Source: an uncultured Candidatus Saccharibacteria bacterium (GTDB lineage Bacteria > Patescibacteriota > Minisyncoccia > Phycocordibacterales > UBA5272). From it: 64,000 nucleotides of DNA. The DNA is taken from assembly GCA_964512315.1 (NCBI GenBank), contig CAZEIK010000001.1, forward strand, positions 20,408 through 84,407, in the 5' to 3' direction. The stretch's first letter is position 1, and each line of letters begins with the position of its first letter. Both the position numbers and the translations under genes were made by a program. Below the pieces are notes generated by a model. The model did not search any database. It saw only the letters and a list, made by a program, of their open reading frames with translations, and was not told the DNA's origin. This document shows, piece by piece, positions 48,488 to 57,632 of the stretch.

Positions 48488-49183
48488 TTATTTTTCACTA
48501 GTATACGATATTTTTCCTGGCATTACATCAAGCACCGGGAATAGTTCCAAAATTACCTTTCCTGCTATTTGGTGACTGTGTACAGCACCCCAACTTCTCG
48601 AGTCATAACTACCATCTCTGTTATCTCCCATCACGAAGTATTCGTCGGGTAGTAATTGCTTTGATATATACTGATCAACTTTTTGATATTTGACGAATGA
48701 CTCATCTGGGTGAAGTGTTCCGTCAGGTGTGATTATTGTTGTGCTGGTGCCATCCACAATAATAGTGTCACCAGGAAGGCCTATTAGTCTTTTTATAAAG
48801 TATTTGCCATCTAAGTCGCTACCTTCTTTTTCAAACTTGAACACAACAACATCGCCACGATGTGGAGTACCTATTTTGTAAGACAGCTTATCTACTATAA
48901 GTAGATTGTTATTATAAAAAGTTGGTAGCATTGATGACCCGTCAACCAGGAATGGTTGTATGACGAAGACTTGTATAACTCGCACTATTAGTATTAGCCC
49001 AACTATCCAGCCTAGGAACTCTTTTGGGTCCTCGTCTGCATCTAGCAGTCTAATTAGTCTTAAAGCTTTTCTCCAACCTTCGCTCCATATTGATATTATT
49101 AAGCTGAGTATTAGCGCTCCTATTAAAAATATAAAAAATAGTGCCAAGGGGTTATCGGGTAGCTCAAAGAATTGTGAAAGCAT
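48488..49183 (-). CDS. lepB: Signal peptidase I
   Basis: GSSMLPT, FIKRLIGLPGD, MGDNR..SYDSR. Confidence 0.95.
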   Translation of the reverse strand: MLSQFFELPDNPLALFFIFLIGALILSLIISIWSEGWRKALRLIRLLDADEDPKEFLGWIVGLILIVRVIQVFVIQPFLVDGSSMLPTFYNNNLLIVDKLSYKIGTPHRGDVVVFKFEKEGSDLDGKYFIKRLIGLPGDTIIVDGTSTTIITPDGTLHPDESFVKYQKVDQYISKQLLPDEYFVMGDNRDGSYDSRSWGAVHSHQIAGKVILELFPVLDVMPGKISYTSEK

Positions 49184-49209
49184 AATAGTATGAGTATACT
49201 ATACACAAG

Positions 49210-49707
49210 ATGAAATACACCATATTCCCATTAGGCAACCCAGGTAGTGAATATGAATACACTAGACATAATGCAGCGAGGATTGCTTTTAGGAATGCTA
49301 ACTTAGAAGACACTGGTGCAGAATTAGTAACGCCTGATTGTTATATGAATGAGTCTGGAAGATTTGTTAAGTCTTATCTTAAATATCGCAATAATTGTAT
49401 ACCGGTGATTGTATACGACGACATAGACTTGCCGCTAGCCAAGATTAAGATAAGCTTTGGTCGTAGTGCAGGAGGGCATAATGGTGTGCAGAATGTTATA
49501 GATGAGCTAGGCACTGAGGACTTTGTGCGTATACGAATCGGCATTGGTGGCAAGCCACACAAAGAGATGCTCTTGCAGGATTATGTAATATCAAAGTTAT
49601 CCAAAGAAGAAGTGGAGATTCTAAAGGCCTTAGGTAAAAGCTTATCTGATATTGTCGCAACAATAGTAAAAAGTGGAGTGGACAAAGCAATGGAGAAGTA
49701 TAACTAA
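49210..49707 (+). CDS. pth: Peptidyl-tRNA hydrolase
   Basis: LGNPG.EY..TRHN, YMNESG, DDIDL, GGHNG, RIRIGIG. Confidence 0.95.
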   Translation: MKYTIFPLGNPGSEYEYTRHNAARIAFRNANLEDTGAELVTPDCYMNESGRFVKSYLKYRNNCIPVIVYDDIDLPLAKIKISFGRSAGGHNGVQNVIDELGTEDFVRIRIGIGGKPHKEMLLQDYVISKLSKEEVEILKALGKSLSDIVATIVKSGVDKAMEKYN

Positions 49708-49712
49708 GATAG

Positions 49713-49751
49713 AATAACAAAAGGCCGCGCGAAGCGCGGCCTTTTGTTATT
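49713..49751. terminator. 18-bp perfect inverted repeat, bidirectional terminator
   Basis: AATAACAAAAGGCCGCGC-gaa-GCGCGGCCTTTTGTTATT. Confidence 0.85.
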
Positions 49752-49753
49752 AT

Positions 49754-50833
49754 TTACTTAGACTCTTTTAATACCAATGTCATCTTCTGCTCAGACGCAT
49801 CGAATAGTGAGATTTCGAATTTGTACATCTTACCAAGAGAAACCTTCTCTCTCATTTTCTCTTCAGATCCAAAGTCAGAAATATGCATAAGACCAGCTAC
49901 ACCTTCTTCAACAGACACAAGGGCTCCGTGTTTGTTGAACTTGATAACAAGCCCAGAAACAACATCACCTTTTTTGTATTTGTTAGTAGCCTCTTTCCAA
50001 GGGTTCTCGCGCATAGTCTTAATAGAAAGTGAAACTTTACCAGCCTTAACTTCTATTACTTTAGCTTTGATAGTGTCACCAACCTTTGCATGATTGTGTG
50101 TATCTTCTACTAGACCCCAGTCGATCTCTGACTTGTGCACTAGTCCTTCTGATCCGTCTTTTAATTTGACGAATATACCGAATTCAACAACACCAGTCAC
50201 AACACCTTCTACAACATCACCAACCTCATACTTAGCGTTAGTCTCATTAACAACCTCATCAAGATCTATCTTTTCGTTACCATCAACACCTTTTTGGCTG
50301 AATATAAGCTTGCCTTCTTTTGGTTGAGCTGAGATGATATTCATCGATAAACGTTTGCCGATAAGCTTCTTAAGAGCAATCATAATCTTATCCTTGTCTC
50401 CATCTTCTACACGAGGATAGTTCTTCTCATCAAGTTGTGAAGCAGGCAAGAATCCTTGTATGCTTTGCCATTCAACGATAAGACCACCTTTGTTAGCATC
50501 CTTAACAACAATATCAAGTACACGCTTGTCTCTGATTGCGGCTTCTGCCTCACTCCAGATAATAGCTTGTCTTGCCTCCTTTAGAGATAGCTCAACATAA
50601 CCATCCTCATTCTCAGTTAAGATTACTTTAGCACTAATAACATCACCGATGTTGATGCGTTTGATAATCTCACGAGCGTTGATGTACTCACTACCGTATA
50701 TAATACCTGTTCCTAGTGGTCCAAGGTCAACATATACAGCTGAGCGGTCAATTGTTATAACTGTACCCTCAACAACATCTTCGTAGTTAAGTGTTTTTGA
50801 ATTTTCTAATAATTTTTCAGCAATAGTTTGCAT
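49754..50833 (-). CDS. rpsA: 30S ribosomal protein S1 (four S1 domains)
   Basis: NKGGL, GFLPASQL, FGIFV..EGLVHKSE, GLMHISD; start at MQTIA. Confidence 0.9.
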   Translation of the reverse strand: MQTIAEKLLENSKTLNYEDVVEGTVITIDRSAVYVDLGPLGTGIIYGSEYINAREIIKRINIGDVISAKVILTENEDGYVELSLKEARQAIIWSEAEAAIRDKRVLDIVVKDANKGGLIVEWQSIQGFLPASQLDEKNYPRVEDGDKDKIMIALKKLIGKRLSMNIISAQPKEGKLIFSQKGVDGNEKIDLDEVVNETNAKYEVGDVVEGVVTGVVEFGIFVKLKDGSEGLVHKSEIDWGLVEDTHNHAKVGDTIKAKVIEVKAGKVSLSIKTMRENPWKEATNKYKKGDVVSGLVIKFNKHGALVSVEEGVAGLMHISDFGSEEKMREKVSLGKMYKFEISLFDASEQKMTLVLKESK

Positions 50834-50963
50834 ATAAAATAAAAATTTTCCGCACGCGAACGGAAAAGTGTAATGCGTGCTCGTGGCCGGTCTAGTTTTT
50901 CCATTTCTGAATACTTCTAGGGTTATCGATCTCGAGTTGGTTATTAAAAATAACTTAAATACA

Positions 50964-51004
50964 ATAATACCACACTTGACTAGTATTTTCAATGGGTGTA
51001 AAAT
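50964..51004. promoter_or_regulatory. Overlapping divergent sigma70 promoters (rpsA and candidate sRNA)
   Basis: - strand TTGAAA(50992-50987)-17-TATTAT(50969-50964); + strand TTGACT(50976-50981)-17-TAAAAT(50999-51004). Confidence 0.75.
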
Positions 51005-51010
51005 ATTGTC

Positions 51011-51097
51011 ACTGCGGTTCGAGAGGAGGTGATCTTAAGAGCGCAGTACCCCCGAGGTGGCCAACGACGTGAGTCGTAAGCCACCTCATTTTATTTT
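51011..51097 (+). ncRNA. Candidate small non-coding RNA: two hairpins, SD sequence GGAGGUGA in the first loop
   Basis: Own promoter ending 6 nt upstream; hairpin 51011-51047; hairpin 51054-51087 with GUGA tetraloop; U-rich tail; no suitable start codon. Confidence 0.65.
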
Positions 51098-51116
51098 ATG
51101 ATATAATATTCTCACT

Positions 51117-51740
51117 ATGATTATTACTTATCACGGCAAAGGTCATGTTAAATTGGTAACAGGTGACACAACTATTGCCCTAGGACCAGTATCCAAAGAT
51201 TCAAAGAAAAGACAGACAAAGTATGGTGCAGATCTAGCGATGATACCTATTAATCATGTTGATTATAATGGAGCTGATAATGTAACACATGGTAACAAGG
51301 AGCCATTTGTAATTAAGAGTGCTGGTGAGTTCGAGGTGTCGGGAATATTTATTAATGGATTTGCCGAGAAGGTTACGCGTGAGGGTAAGGAGTATATGAC
51401 TAACAGTTATGTGTTTAATTTTGACGGTATACGTGTTGTGTACTTGGGTCAGATACAAGATCAATTAAAGCCAGAACACAAAGAGATAATTGACGAGGTG
51501 GATGTACTGTTCGTCCCGGTTGGTGGAGATGGAGAATCTCTTAATGCGTACGATGCAGCAAAGCTTGCGACAGCTTTGGAGCCAAAAATTATTATTCCAA
51601 TTGACCACAATGAGAAGACTTTACCAGTATTTATGAAAGAAATGGGTGCAGAAGGAACTCAAGCTGTAGACAAGTTAACAATAAAGAAAAAAGACATAAT
51701 GGAGAAGCAGGGTGAGGTGGTATTAATTGAAGAGATGTAA
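51117..51740 (+). CDS. MBL-fold metallo-hydrolase-like protein (degenerate metal motif)
   Basis: MIITYHG, GEFEVSG, VDVLFVPVGG, EPKIIIP. Confidence 0.85.
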   Translation: MIITYHGKGHVKLVTGDTTIALGPVSKDSKKRQTKYGADLAMIPINHVDYNGADNVTHGNKEPFVIKSAGEFEVSGIFINGFAEKVTREGKEYMTNSYVFNFDGIRVVYLGQIQDQLKPEHKEIIDEVDVLFVPVGGDGESLNAYDAAKLATALEPKIIIPIDHNEKTLPVFMKEMGAEGTQAVDKLTIKKKDIMEKQGEVVLIEEM

Positions 51741-51741
51741 T

Positions 51742-52134
51742 ATGGCAATCTTACGCAAGTATTTAGAATATCTGAAGCGTGAGAGAAAAGAAATACAAAA
51801 AGTTCATGCTGTTTTTGTTGCAGCAATAATGACGGCATTTTTTACGGGTATTTACTTATATGTTCTGTACGACATAACTCCACCAAAGCCAGAGATTAGT
51901 TTCAATCAAAGTCATATCTATGTAAGAGATCCTAATTCTGATTTTATTAATAACAATACTATAAATGACATTCAGGTAGACAACAGTGAATATTATGCGA
52001 AGCAGAATGAGAACAAGTTAACTGGAATATTAGATAGGTTTGCAAATGCTTTTGTTGGCTTCCAAGCGGAGATAGAAAATTTGAAGCAAGTATTGCAATC
52101 AGAGAAGACTTATAAAGCGGAAACAGTGGAATAA
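51742..52134 (+). CDS. Hypothetical single-TM protein
   Basis: ATG 1 nt after upstream stop; one TM segment. Confidence 0.65.
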   Translation: MAILRKYLEYLKRERKEIQKVHAVFVAAIMTAFFTGIYLYVLYDITPPKPEISFNQSHIYVRDPNSDFINNNTINDIQVDNSEYYAKQNENKLTGILDRFANAFVGFQAEIENLKQVLQSEKTYKAETVE

Positions 52135-52170
52135 TTAGCGCTTTTTGTGTTATAATGTATAGACAAAAAT

Positions 52171-54642
52171 ATGGCAAAAACTAGAGAAGAGCAAGGTCAA
52201 AATGAAGACGAAAACAAGCCAATAACAGGTATAATAAATGCTCCTATAGTTGAGGAGATGCGCAAGAGCTATCTTGATTATGCGATGAGCGTTATTACAA
52301 GCCGCGCCTTGCCTGATGCGAGAGACGGTCTCAAGCCAGTACATCGTCGCATATTGTACAGTATGTATAAGAATGGACTTTCTCCATCTGCTAAGTTCAA
52401 GAAGTCAGCTACAGTAGTAGGAGATGTACTAGGAGCATATCACCCTCATGGTGATGCGTCTGTGTATGATGCTATGGTGCAACTTGCTCAAGATTTCAAG
52501 TCAAGATATCCTCTCGTGCTCGGTCAAGGTAACTTCGGATCAATAGATGGTGACGGTGCTGCTGCCTACAGGTATACAGAGGCTAAGATGAGTAAGGTTG
52601 CAGCTGAGATGATGCAAGACATAGAGAAGGAGACTGTAGACATGAGGCCTAACTATGACGGTAGCAAACGCGAGCCAGTGGTACTTCCAACAACAGTGCC
52701 AGGGTTACTACTTAATGGAACTTTGGGTATTGCTGTAGGTATGGCTACCAACATCCCGCCACATAACCTGGGTGAAGTAATAGACGCAGCCACACATTTG
52801 ATAGATAACAAAGATGCAACTATTGATGATCTGGCTTCTTTTATAAAGGGTCCGGACTTCCCAACTGGAGGATTAGTGTTCGGCGAGTCAGATATTAAGC
52901 ATGCTTATGCGACAGGACGTGGCGGAATGCTCTGTCGTGGTGAAGCGGAAATAGTTGAGACCAAGAATGGAATGTTCCAAATTGTTATCACTTCTATTCC
53001 ATTTCGTGTTGTTAAGGCGAACCTTCTAGAGAGAATAGGAGAGTTGGTGGGTGAGAAGAAAATAGAAGGTATCAAAGATATACGTGACGAGTCTACTACA
53101 GACATACGTATTGTTATAGACCTAAAGAGCAATTCTCAACCAGAGAAGATTTTGAATTATCTATACAAGCATACCGATCTTGAGACAACTTTCCACATGA
53201 ACATGGTAGCTCTTGTTAAGGGTGTACCACAGACTCTTTCTATTAAGGGTGCTTTGTCAGAATTCTTGGACCATAGAAAAGAAGTCGTTCGTCGCAGATG
53301 CGAGTTCGATTTGAAGCGTGCTCTTGAGCGTGAGCATATATTGTTAGGACTTAAGAAGGCTCTCGATCATATAGACGAGATAATACAGACTATTAAAAAG
53401 TCCAAAGATACCCCTGATGCACACGCGCAGTTGATGAAGAAGTTCGGCTTTTCTCCAATTCAGGCTACAGCTATTCTTGAAATGAAATTGCAGCGTCTAG
53501 CTGGACTTGAGCGCAAGAAAATAGAGGATGAGCTCAAGGCTGTACAAGAGCTGATCGAGGAGTTGCGTGCAATACTTGCTAGCGAGAAGAAAATGCTCAA
53601 GATCATTAAGGATGAGTTGGTTGAGGTTAAGAAGTTATATGGCGACGAGAGACGTACCAAGGTAGTTAAGCACAAAGCCAAAGACTTTAACCCAGAAGAC
53701 CTGATCGCTGAGAAGGAGGCCGTGCTAGTTTATACCAAGGGTGGTTATATTAAGCGTACTGATCCAGAGGAGTTCAGAACACAGAAGCGTGGAGGAGTTG
53801 GTGTGGTTGATCTCGATACAAAAGAGGAGGACTTCGTTTCTATATCGCTCACCGCTTCGACTCATGCCGACATGTTATTCTTCACCGACAAAGGTAAGGC
53901 TTATCAGATCAAGATGTATGAATTACCAGAAGGTAAGCGTGCCACAAGAGGTAAGAGCATAATGAATTTCTTACAACTAACAGAAGGTGAGAAGGTTACA
54001 AGTATATTAGAAGTCGACAAAGACAAAGACTATTCAGCGCTAAGTATTATGATGGTGACTAAGAATGGTGTTGCCAAGAAATGCGCAGCTGAAAGCTTTA
54101 AAGATGTACGCAGAAGTGGAATCATCGCTATTCGTCTCGAGGATGCTGACGAGTTGGTTACTACAATACTAACAGGTGAAGGTGATAGCGTGATACTGAC
54201 TTCTCAAGACGGTCAATCGATCAGATTCGCCGAGAGCGATGTGCGTGAGATGGGTCGTACTGCAGGAGGAGTAACAGCAATGAAGCTAGACAAGGGTGAC
54301 GTGATAGTTAGCGCTCAAGTAATAGATGCTAGCAACAAAAAAGCCAAGCTTCTTATATTAACTGCTAATGGTTACGGCAAGATGACTGAGATAACTGAGT
54401 ACAAGATACAAAAGCGCGCTGGTAGCGGTATCAAGACTGTAAAAGTAACAGACAAAACTGGTAAGTTGGTAGTAGCTAGAATTGTAGGTGAAGGTACAGA
54501 AGAGATATTAGCTATTTCTAAAGCTTCTCAAGTTATCAAGACTGAACTTGCGACTATCCCGACACTAGGACGCGATACACAAGGCGTGCGTGTTATGAAG
54601 TTACGCGAAGGCGACTCAATTGCTGGGTTAAATCTTCTTTAA
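52171..54642 (+). CDS. gyrA: DNA gyrase subunit A
   Basis: [24 protein letters not shown], GyrA-box-like QKRGGVG, beta-pinwheel repeats. Confidence 0.98.
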   Translation: MAKTREEQGQNEDENKPITGIINAPIVEEMRKSYLDYAMSVITSRALPDARDGLKPVHRRILYSMYKNGLSPSAKFKKSATVVGDVLGAYHPHGDASVYDAMVQLAQDFKSRYPLVLGQGNFGSIDGDGAAAYRYTEAKMSKVAAEMMQDIEKETVDMRPNYDGSKREPVVLPTTVPGLLLNGTLGIAVGMATNIPPHNLGEVIDAATHLIDNKDATIDDLASFIKGPDFPTGGLVFGESDIKHAYATGRGGMLCRGEAEIVETKNGMFQIVITSIPFRVVKANLLERIGELVGEKKIEGIKDIRDESTTDIRIVIDLKSNSQPEKILNYLYKHTDLETTFHMNMVALVKGVPQTLSIKGALSEFLDHRKEVVRRRCEFDLKRALEREHILLGLKKALDHIDEIIQTIKKSKDTPDAHAQLMKKFGFSPIQATAILEMKLQRLAGLERKKIEDELKAVQELIEELRAILASEKKMLKIIKDELVEVKKLYGDERRTKVVKHKAKDFNPEDLIAEKEAVLVYTKGGYIKRTDPEEFRTQKRGGVGVVDLDTKEEDFVSISLTASTHADMLFFTDKGKAYQIKMYELPEGKRATRGKSIMNFLQLTEGEKVTSILEVDKDKDYSALSIMMVTKNGVAKKCAAESFKDVRRSGIIAIRLEDADELVTTILTGEGDSVILTSQDGQSIRFAESDVREMGRTAGGVTAMKLDKGDVIVSAQVIDASNKKAKLLILTANGYGKMTEITEYKIQKRAGSGIKTVKVTDKTGKLVVARIVGEGTEEILAISKASQVIKTELATIPTLGRDTQGVRVMKLREGDSIAGLNLL

Positions 54643-54851
54643 TTCACGCTTACTATTTTGTGGGGGTGGAGGTGGCCGCTGACTATTTTGATATTGGAGT
54701 TAGGGTGATGCTCACGAAGAATTTCTAATAGTCTCTGATTGGCGAGTCCGCGCTCCGCAGGAGCGCGGACTGATATCTCATACAACTCACTATTTATAAC
54801 TTTAAAAGAGTCATCTTTTGCGTCCGGTCGTAGATGTATCTTTATATACAT
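54639..54851 (-). CDS. DUF167/YggU family protein
   Basis: [27 protein letters not shown]. Confidence 0.85.
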   Translation of the reverse strand: MYIKIHLRPDAKDDSFKVINSELYEISVRAPAERGLANQRLLEILREHHPNSNIKIVSGHLHPHKIVSVN

Positions 54852-54881
54852 GTGTATACTTTATCATAAAATAATTTCCCT

Positions 54882-54919
54882 CTTATCCCCTTCCATATAT
54901 ATATATATATATATATACT
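54882..54919 (+). repeat. Pilin promoter with (TA)n tract, copy 2
   Basis: CTTATCCCCTTCC-A-(TA)11-CT; ends in TATACT, 6 nt before ATG. Confidence 0.85.
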
Positions 54920-54925
54920 CAAAAC

Positions 54926-55699
54926 ATGAGACATCATGTTCGAGGTTTTACTTTACTAGAGTTAATAGTAGTAATAGCTATAATAGGTGTATTGTCAGTA
55001 ATAATAATACCTTCATTCAAAACAGCATTAAGTAGAGCTAATGATACAAAGTTAAAACAAAATATTACCAACATAATAAAAAGGTATGATGTAATTGCAA
55101 AATGGGAGTTAGAAGAAGGGTTCGGTAATATTGCCAAAGACACATCTATCAATCAAATAGATAATACAATACAGAATAATGCCACGATACCAGGCTCAGG
55201 AGTGACTTGGTCTACAGACACATATGCTAGCTCTTCACAGTATTCACTCGCATTTAATGGTACTAACTATTTAACTACAGTTAATAATACTTATCCAAAA
55301 TTAGATGGTTCGTCATTCTCTTTTTCGCTTTGGTTCAAGAGAACTGGAGGATTTGGTGTGGGAGACAGAATGCTTTTAGCTAAGGGCACCCATGGGACAA
55401 GGCAGTGTCTTGCTGTTGGATTTAGAGATGATGAGTTGATGATAGGTCCATGGGGTCCTGAGTATATGACAGGATTGCGTATTACGGATCAGAATTGGCA
55501 TAATCTTATGTTTAGTTTTGACGCTAGCACAAACATTGTGACCGCCTATGTAGACAACAGATTAATTGGACGAGGTAACTGGGGAGGGTCACTAGCAAAC
55601 ACAGATTCATATCCGCTAAGGATTGGTACTTATGGTGGTGGTAACTTTATAGGTAACATCGACGATGTTTATTATTTTAAAGATCTTATCGTTAAGTAA
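54926..55699 (+). CDS. Type IV prepilin-like protein with LamG domain, paralog of 43138..43932
   Basis: VRG-FTLLELIVVIAIIGVLSVIIIPSF; FSFSLWFK, WHNL, AYVD, IGNIDDV. Confidence 0.9.
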   Translation: MRHHVRGFTLLELIVVIAIIGVLSVIIIPSFKTALSRANDTKLKQNITNIIKRYDVIAKWELEEGFGNIAKDTSINQIDNTIQNNATIPGSGVTWSTDTYASSSQYSLAFNGTNYLTTVNNTYPKLDGSSFSFSLWFKRTGGFGVGDRMLLAKGTHGTRQCLAVGFRDDELMIGPWGPEYMTGLRITDQNWHNLMFSFDASTNIVTAYVDNRLIGRGNWGGSLANTDSYPLRIGTYGGGNFIGNIDDVYYFKDLIVK

Positions 55700-55754
55700 A
55701 ATCTTGTGAACATATAAGTTTTACTGTTTTGTTTTGATGGTATAATTTTGTTAT

Positions 55755-56273
55755 ATGGCATTTCTGTCCCCAAGACAAATGGTTGACTTGTTAGACATAA
55801 CACCAGGGTCTACGGTGGTGGATTTGGGGTCTGGATCTGGAGCTTATGTGTATGAAGTTTGCAAAGTTAATGGCCCGCATGGAAGAGTAATAGCAGTAGA
55901 TATAGACAGAGATAAGTTACAAATGGTTGATTCCGCAGCTAAGATAGGCGGCTACAAAATAGATACATTACTAGCTGACCTAGATAAAAGCATTATTTTG
56001 CCTGATTATTTTGCTGATTACATTATCCTCGCTAACACTTTACACTTGGTTGATAACAAGCTTGGACTACTGCGTGAGTGCGCAAGAATGCTTTCTCCTA
56101 CTGGTTACATGTTGTTGGTTGACTGGAGTTCTGATTCTAATTTGGGACCAAAGAGTGATAAACTAGACAAGACGTCCCTTGTGGCATCTCTGGCTGCGGC
56201 CAAGTTACGTGTGAGACGCGAACTACCAGCCGGGGATCATCATTTTGGATTTATAATAGAACCGCTAAAATAA
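55755..56273 (+). CDS. Class I SAM-dependent methyltransferase
   Basis: VDLGSGSG, VIAVDI, ANTLH, LVDW, GP. Confidence 0.9.
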   Translation: MAFLSPRQMVDLLDITPGSTVVDLGSGSGAYVYEVCKVNGPHGRVIAVDIDRDKLQMVDSAAKIGGYKIDTLLADLDKSIILPDYFADYIILANTLHLVDNKLGLLRECARMLSPTGYMLLVDWSSDSNLGPKSDKLDKTSLVASLAAAKLRVRRELPAGDHHFGFIIEPLK

Positions 56274-56274
56274 A

Positions 56275-57627
56275 ATGGACAAACCAAATATATTTAAAAT
56301 AGTAACAGTAGGAATAGGATTATTCATAGGAATATTTGCTATATTAGTTTTTAGTGGCAAGATACCAGGGTTAAGTAACTCCTCAACGGCTAATGCTAAT
56401 AAGCCAACGATAAATGTTTGGGGCACTATACCTGAGGACGCCTTTACTTCTGCTGCTTCAGAGATGTCTATTAGGACTGGTAAGCAGACATCTATTGCTT
56501 ATACATATATACCAGCTGAGCAATTCGCAGACAAGCTTTCTCGCGCTGTTGCGGTTAATTCTGCACCGGACCTAGTGCTAGCTCAGCATGACATATTGCT
56601 ATCAGTTAATAGCTTGCTGTACCCAATGTCTTATACTTACATGTCAGAATTGGAGTACAAAGACACTTTTGTAGACGCGACTCATGCATTTGCTTTGCCA
56701 TTCGGTGCCGTATTTTATCCAGTCTTAATCGACCCAGTAATCACTTTTTACAATCGTGGCATGTTAAGTCAAAAAGGTTTTACAACACCAGTTAAGACTT
56801 GGAATGATTTGGCAAAGTATCAAAAAGAGTTAACTGAGTACGATGTGAGTGGCAAGCCGAAACAGAGCGCTTTTGCAATAGGTGCTTACTTGAATGTTGC
56901 ATACGCCAAAGATATCTTAATGGCTATGATTATGCAGTTGGGCCATATTCCAGTTACTGCTATTTTCTACACAGATGCTAGTAACAAAATTGTCGGTAAT
57001 ATTAATACTGACGTCGGACTGGGTACAACAGGTGACGATACTGTTCCGGACTTGGTTAAGTTGCTCCGCTTCCAATCAGCCTTTAGCGACCCACAGAAGA
57101 CAACATTTACTTGGAGTGAGTCAGGTGACAGAGATATAAGCATGTTCTCAAGAGGACAATTGGCATTCTATTTTGGAAGAGCTAGTGACATGAATAAAGT
57201 TAGAGGTGTAAATAAAAACATAGATATAGGTATTACTTACTTCCCGCAATTCTCTGGCTCTAGTTTGGTTGTTACAAGTGGTTCAATATATGGAGCCGCT
57301 CCTGTTAAGACAACGTCTGATCCCGTTTATGCAATCTCAGTTGCTAGAAAGTTCTCAGATAATGTATTCTCGTCCGTGCTCTCTAGTGTGTTAGGTATGT
57401 CTTCAGCGAGACGTGACGTTCTGGCTGGTACTGATGGATCCGAGAGGGCAGAAGTCGTCGGTAGAAGTGCCCTAATTATGAAGAGTTTCTATGATCCTAA
57501 TCCTATCAACTCTAGCGCTCTGGTTAGAGGTCTGTATGACAATATATTATCGGGGCGCAAGTCAATATCAGAAGCGGTGGATGCATTTGATAGAGACTGG
57601 TCAAAATTATATACTAGTAACAAATAA
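56275..57627 (+). CDS. Membrane-anchored extracellular solute-binding protein-like (family 1)
   Basis: N-terminal TM; INVWG, APDL, FYNR, KTW, F..G.LA.Y. Confidence 0.8.
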   Translation: MDKPNIFKIVTVGIGLFIGIFAILVFSGKIPGLSNSSTANANKPTINVWGTIPEDAFTSAASEMSIRTGKQTSIAYTYIPAEQFADKLSRAVAVNSAPDLVLAQHDILLSVNSLLYPMSYTYMSELEYKDTFVDATHAFALPFGAVFYPVLIDPVITFYNRGMLSQKGFTTPVKTWNDLAKYQKELTEYDVSGKPKQSAFAIGAYLNVAYAKDILMAMIMQLGHIPVTAIFYTDASNKIVGNINTDVGLGTTGDDTVPDLVKLLRFQSAFSDPQKTTFTWSESGDRDISMFSRGQLAFYFGRASDMNKVRGVNKNIDIGITYFPQFSGSSLVVTSGSIYGAAPVKTTSDPVYAISVARKFSDNVFSSVLSSVLGMSSARRDVLAGTDGSERAEVVGRSALIMKSFYDPNPINSSALVRGLYDNILSGRKSISEAVDAFDRDWSKLYTSNK

Positions 57628-57632
57628 AAATT

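Noticed and set aside
51011-51097. SRP 4.5S RNA, 6S RNA or a short peptide gene as explanation for the SD-loop element
   Set aside because: It lacks the SRP helix-8 CAGG...GGAA...AGCAG motif and is too short for 6S; the only nearby start (GTG) lies inside the SD itself
43138-55699. Diversity-generating retroelement or invertible cassette behind pilin variation
   Set aside because: No reverse transcriptase, recombinase or template/variable repeat pair is visible; the copies are in direct orientation and diverged throughout their 3' parts
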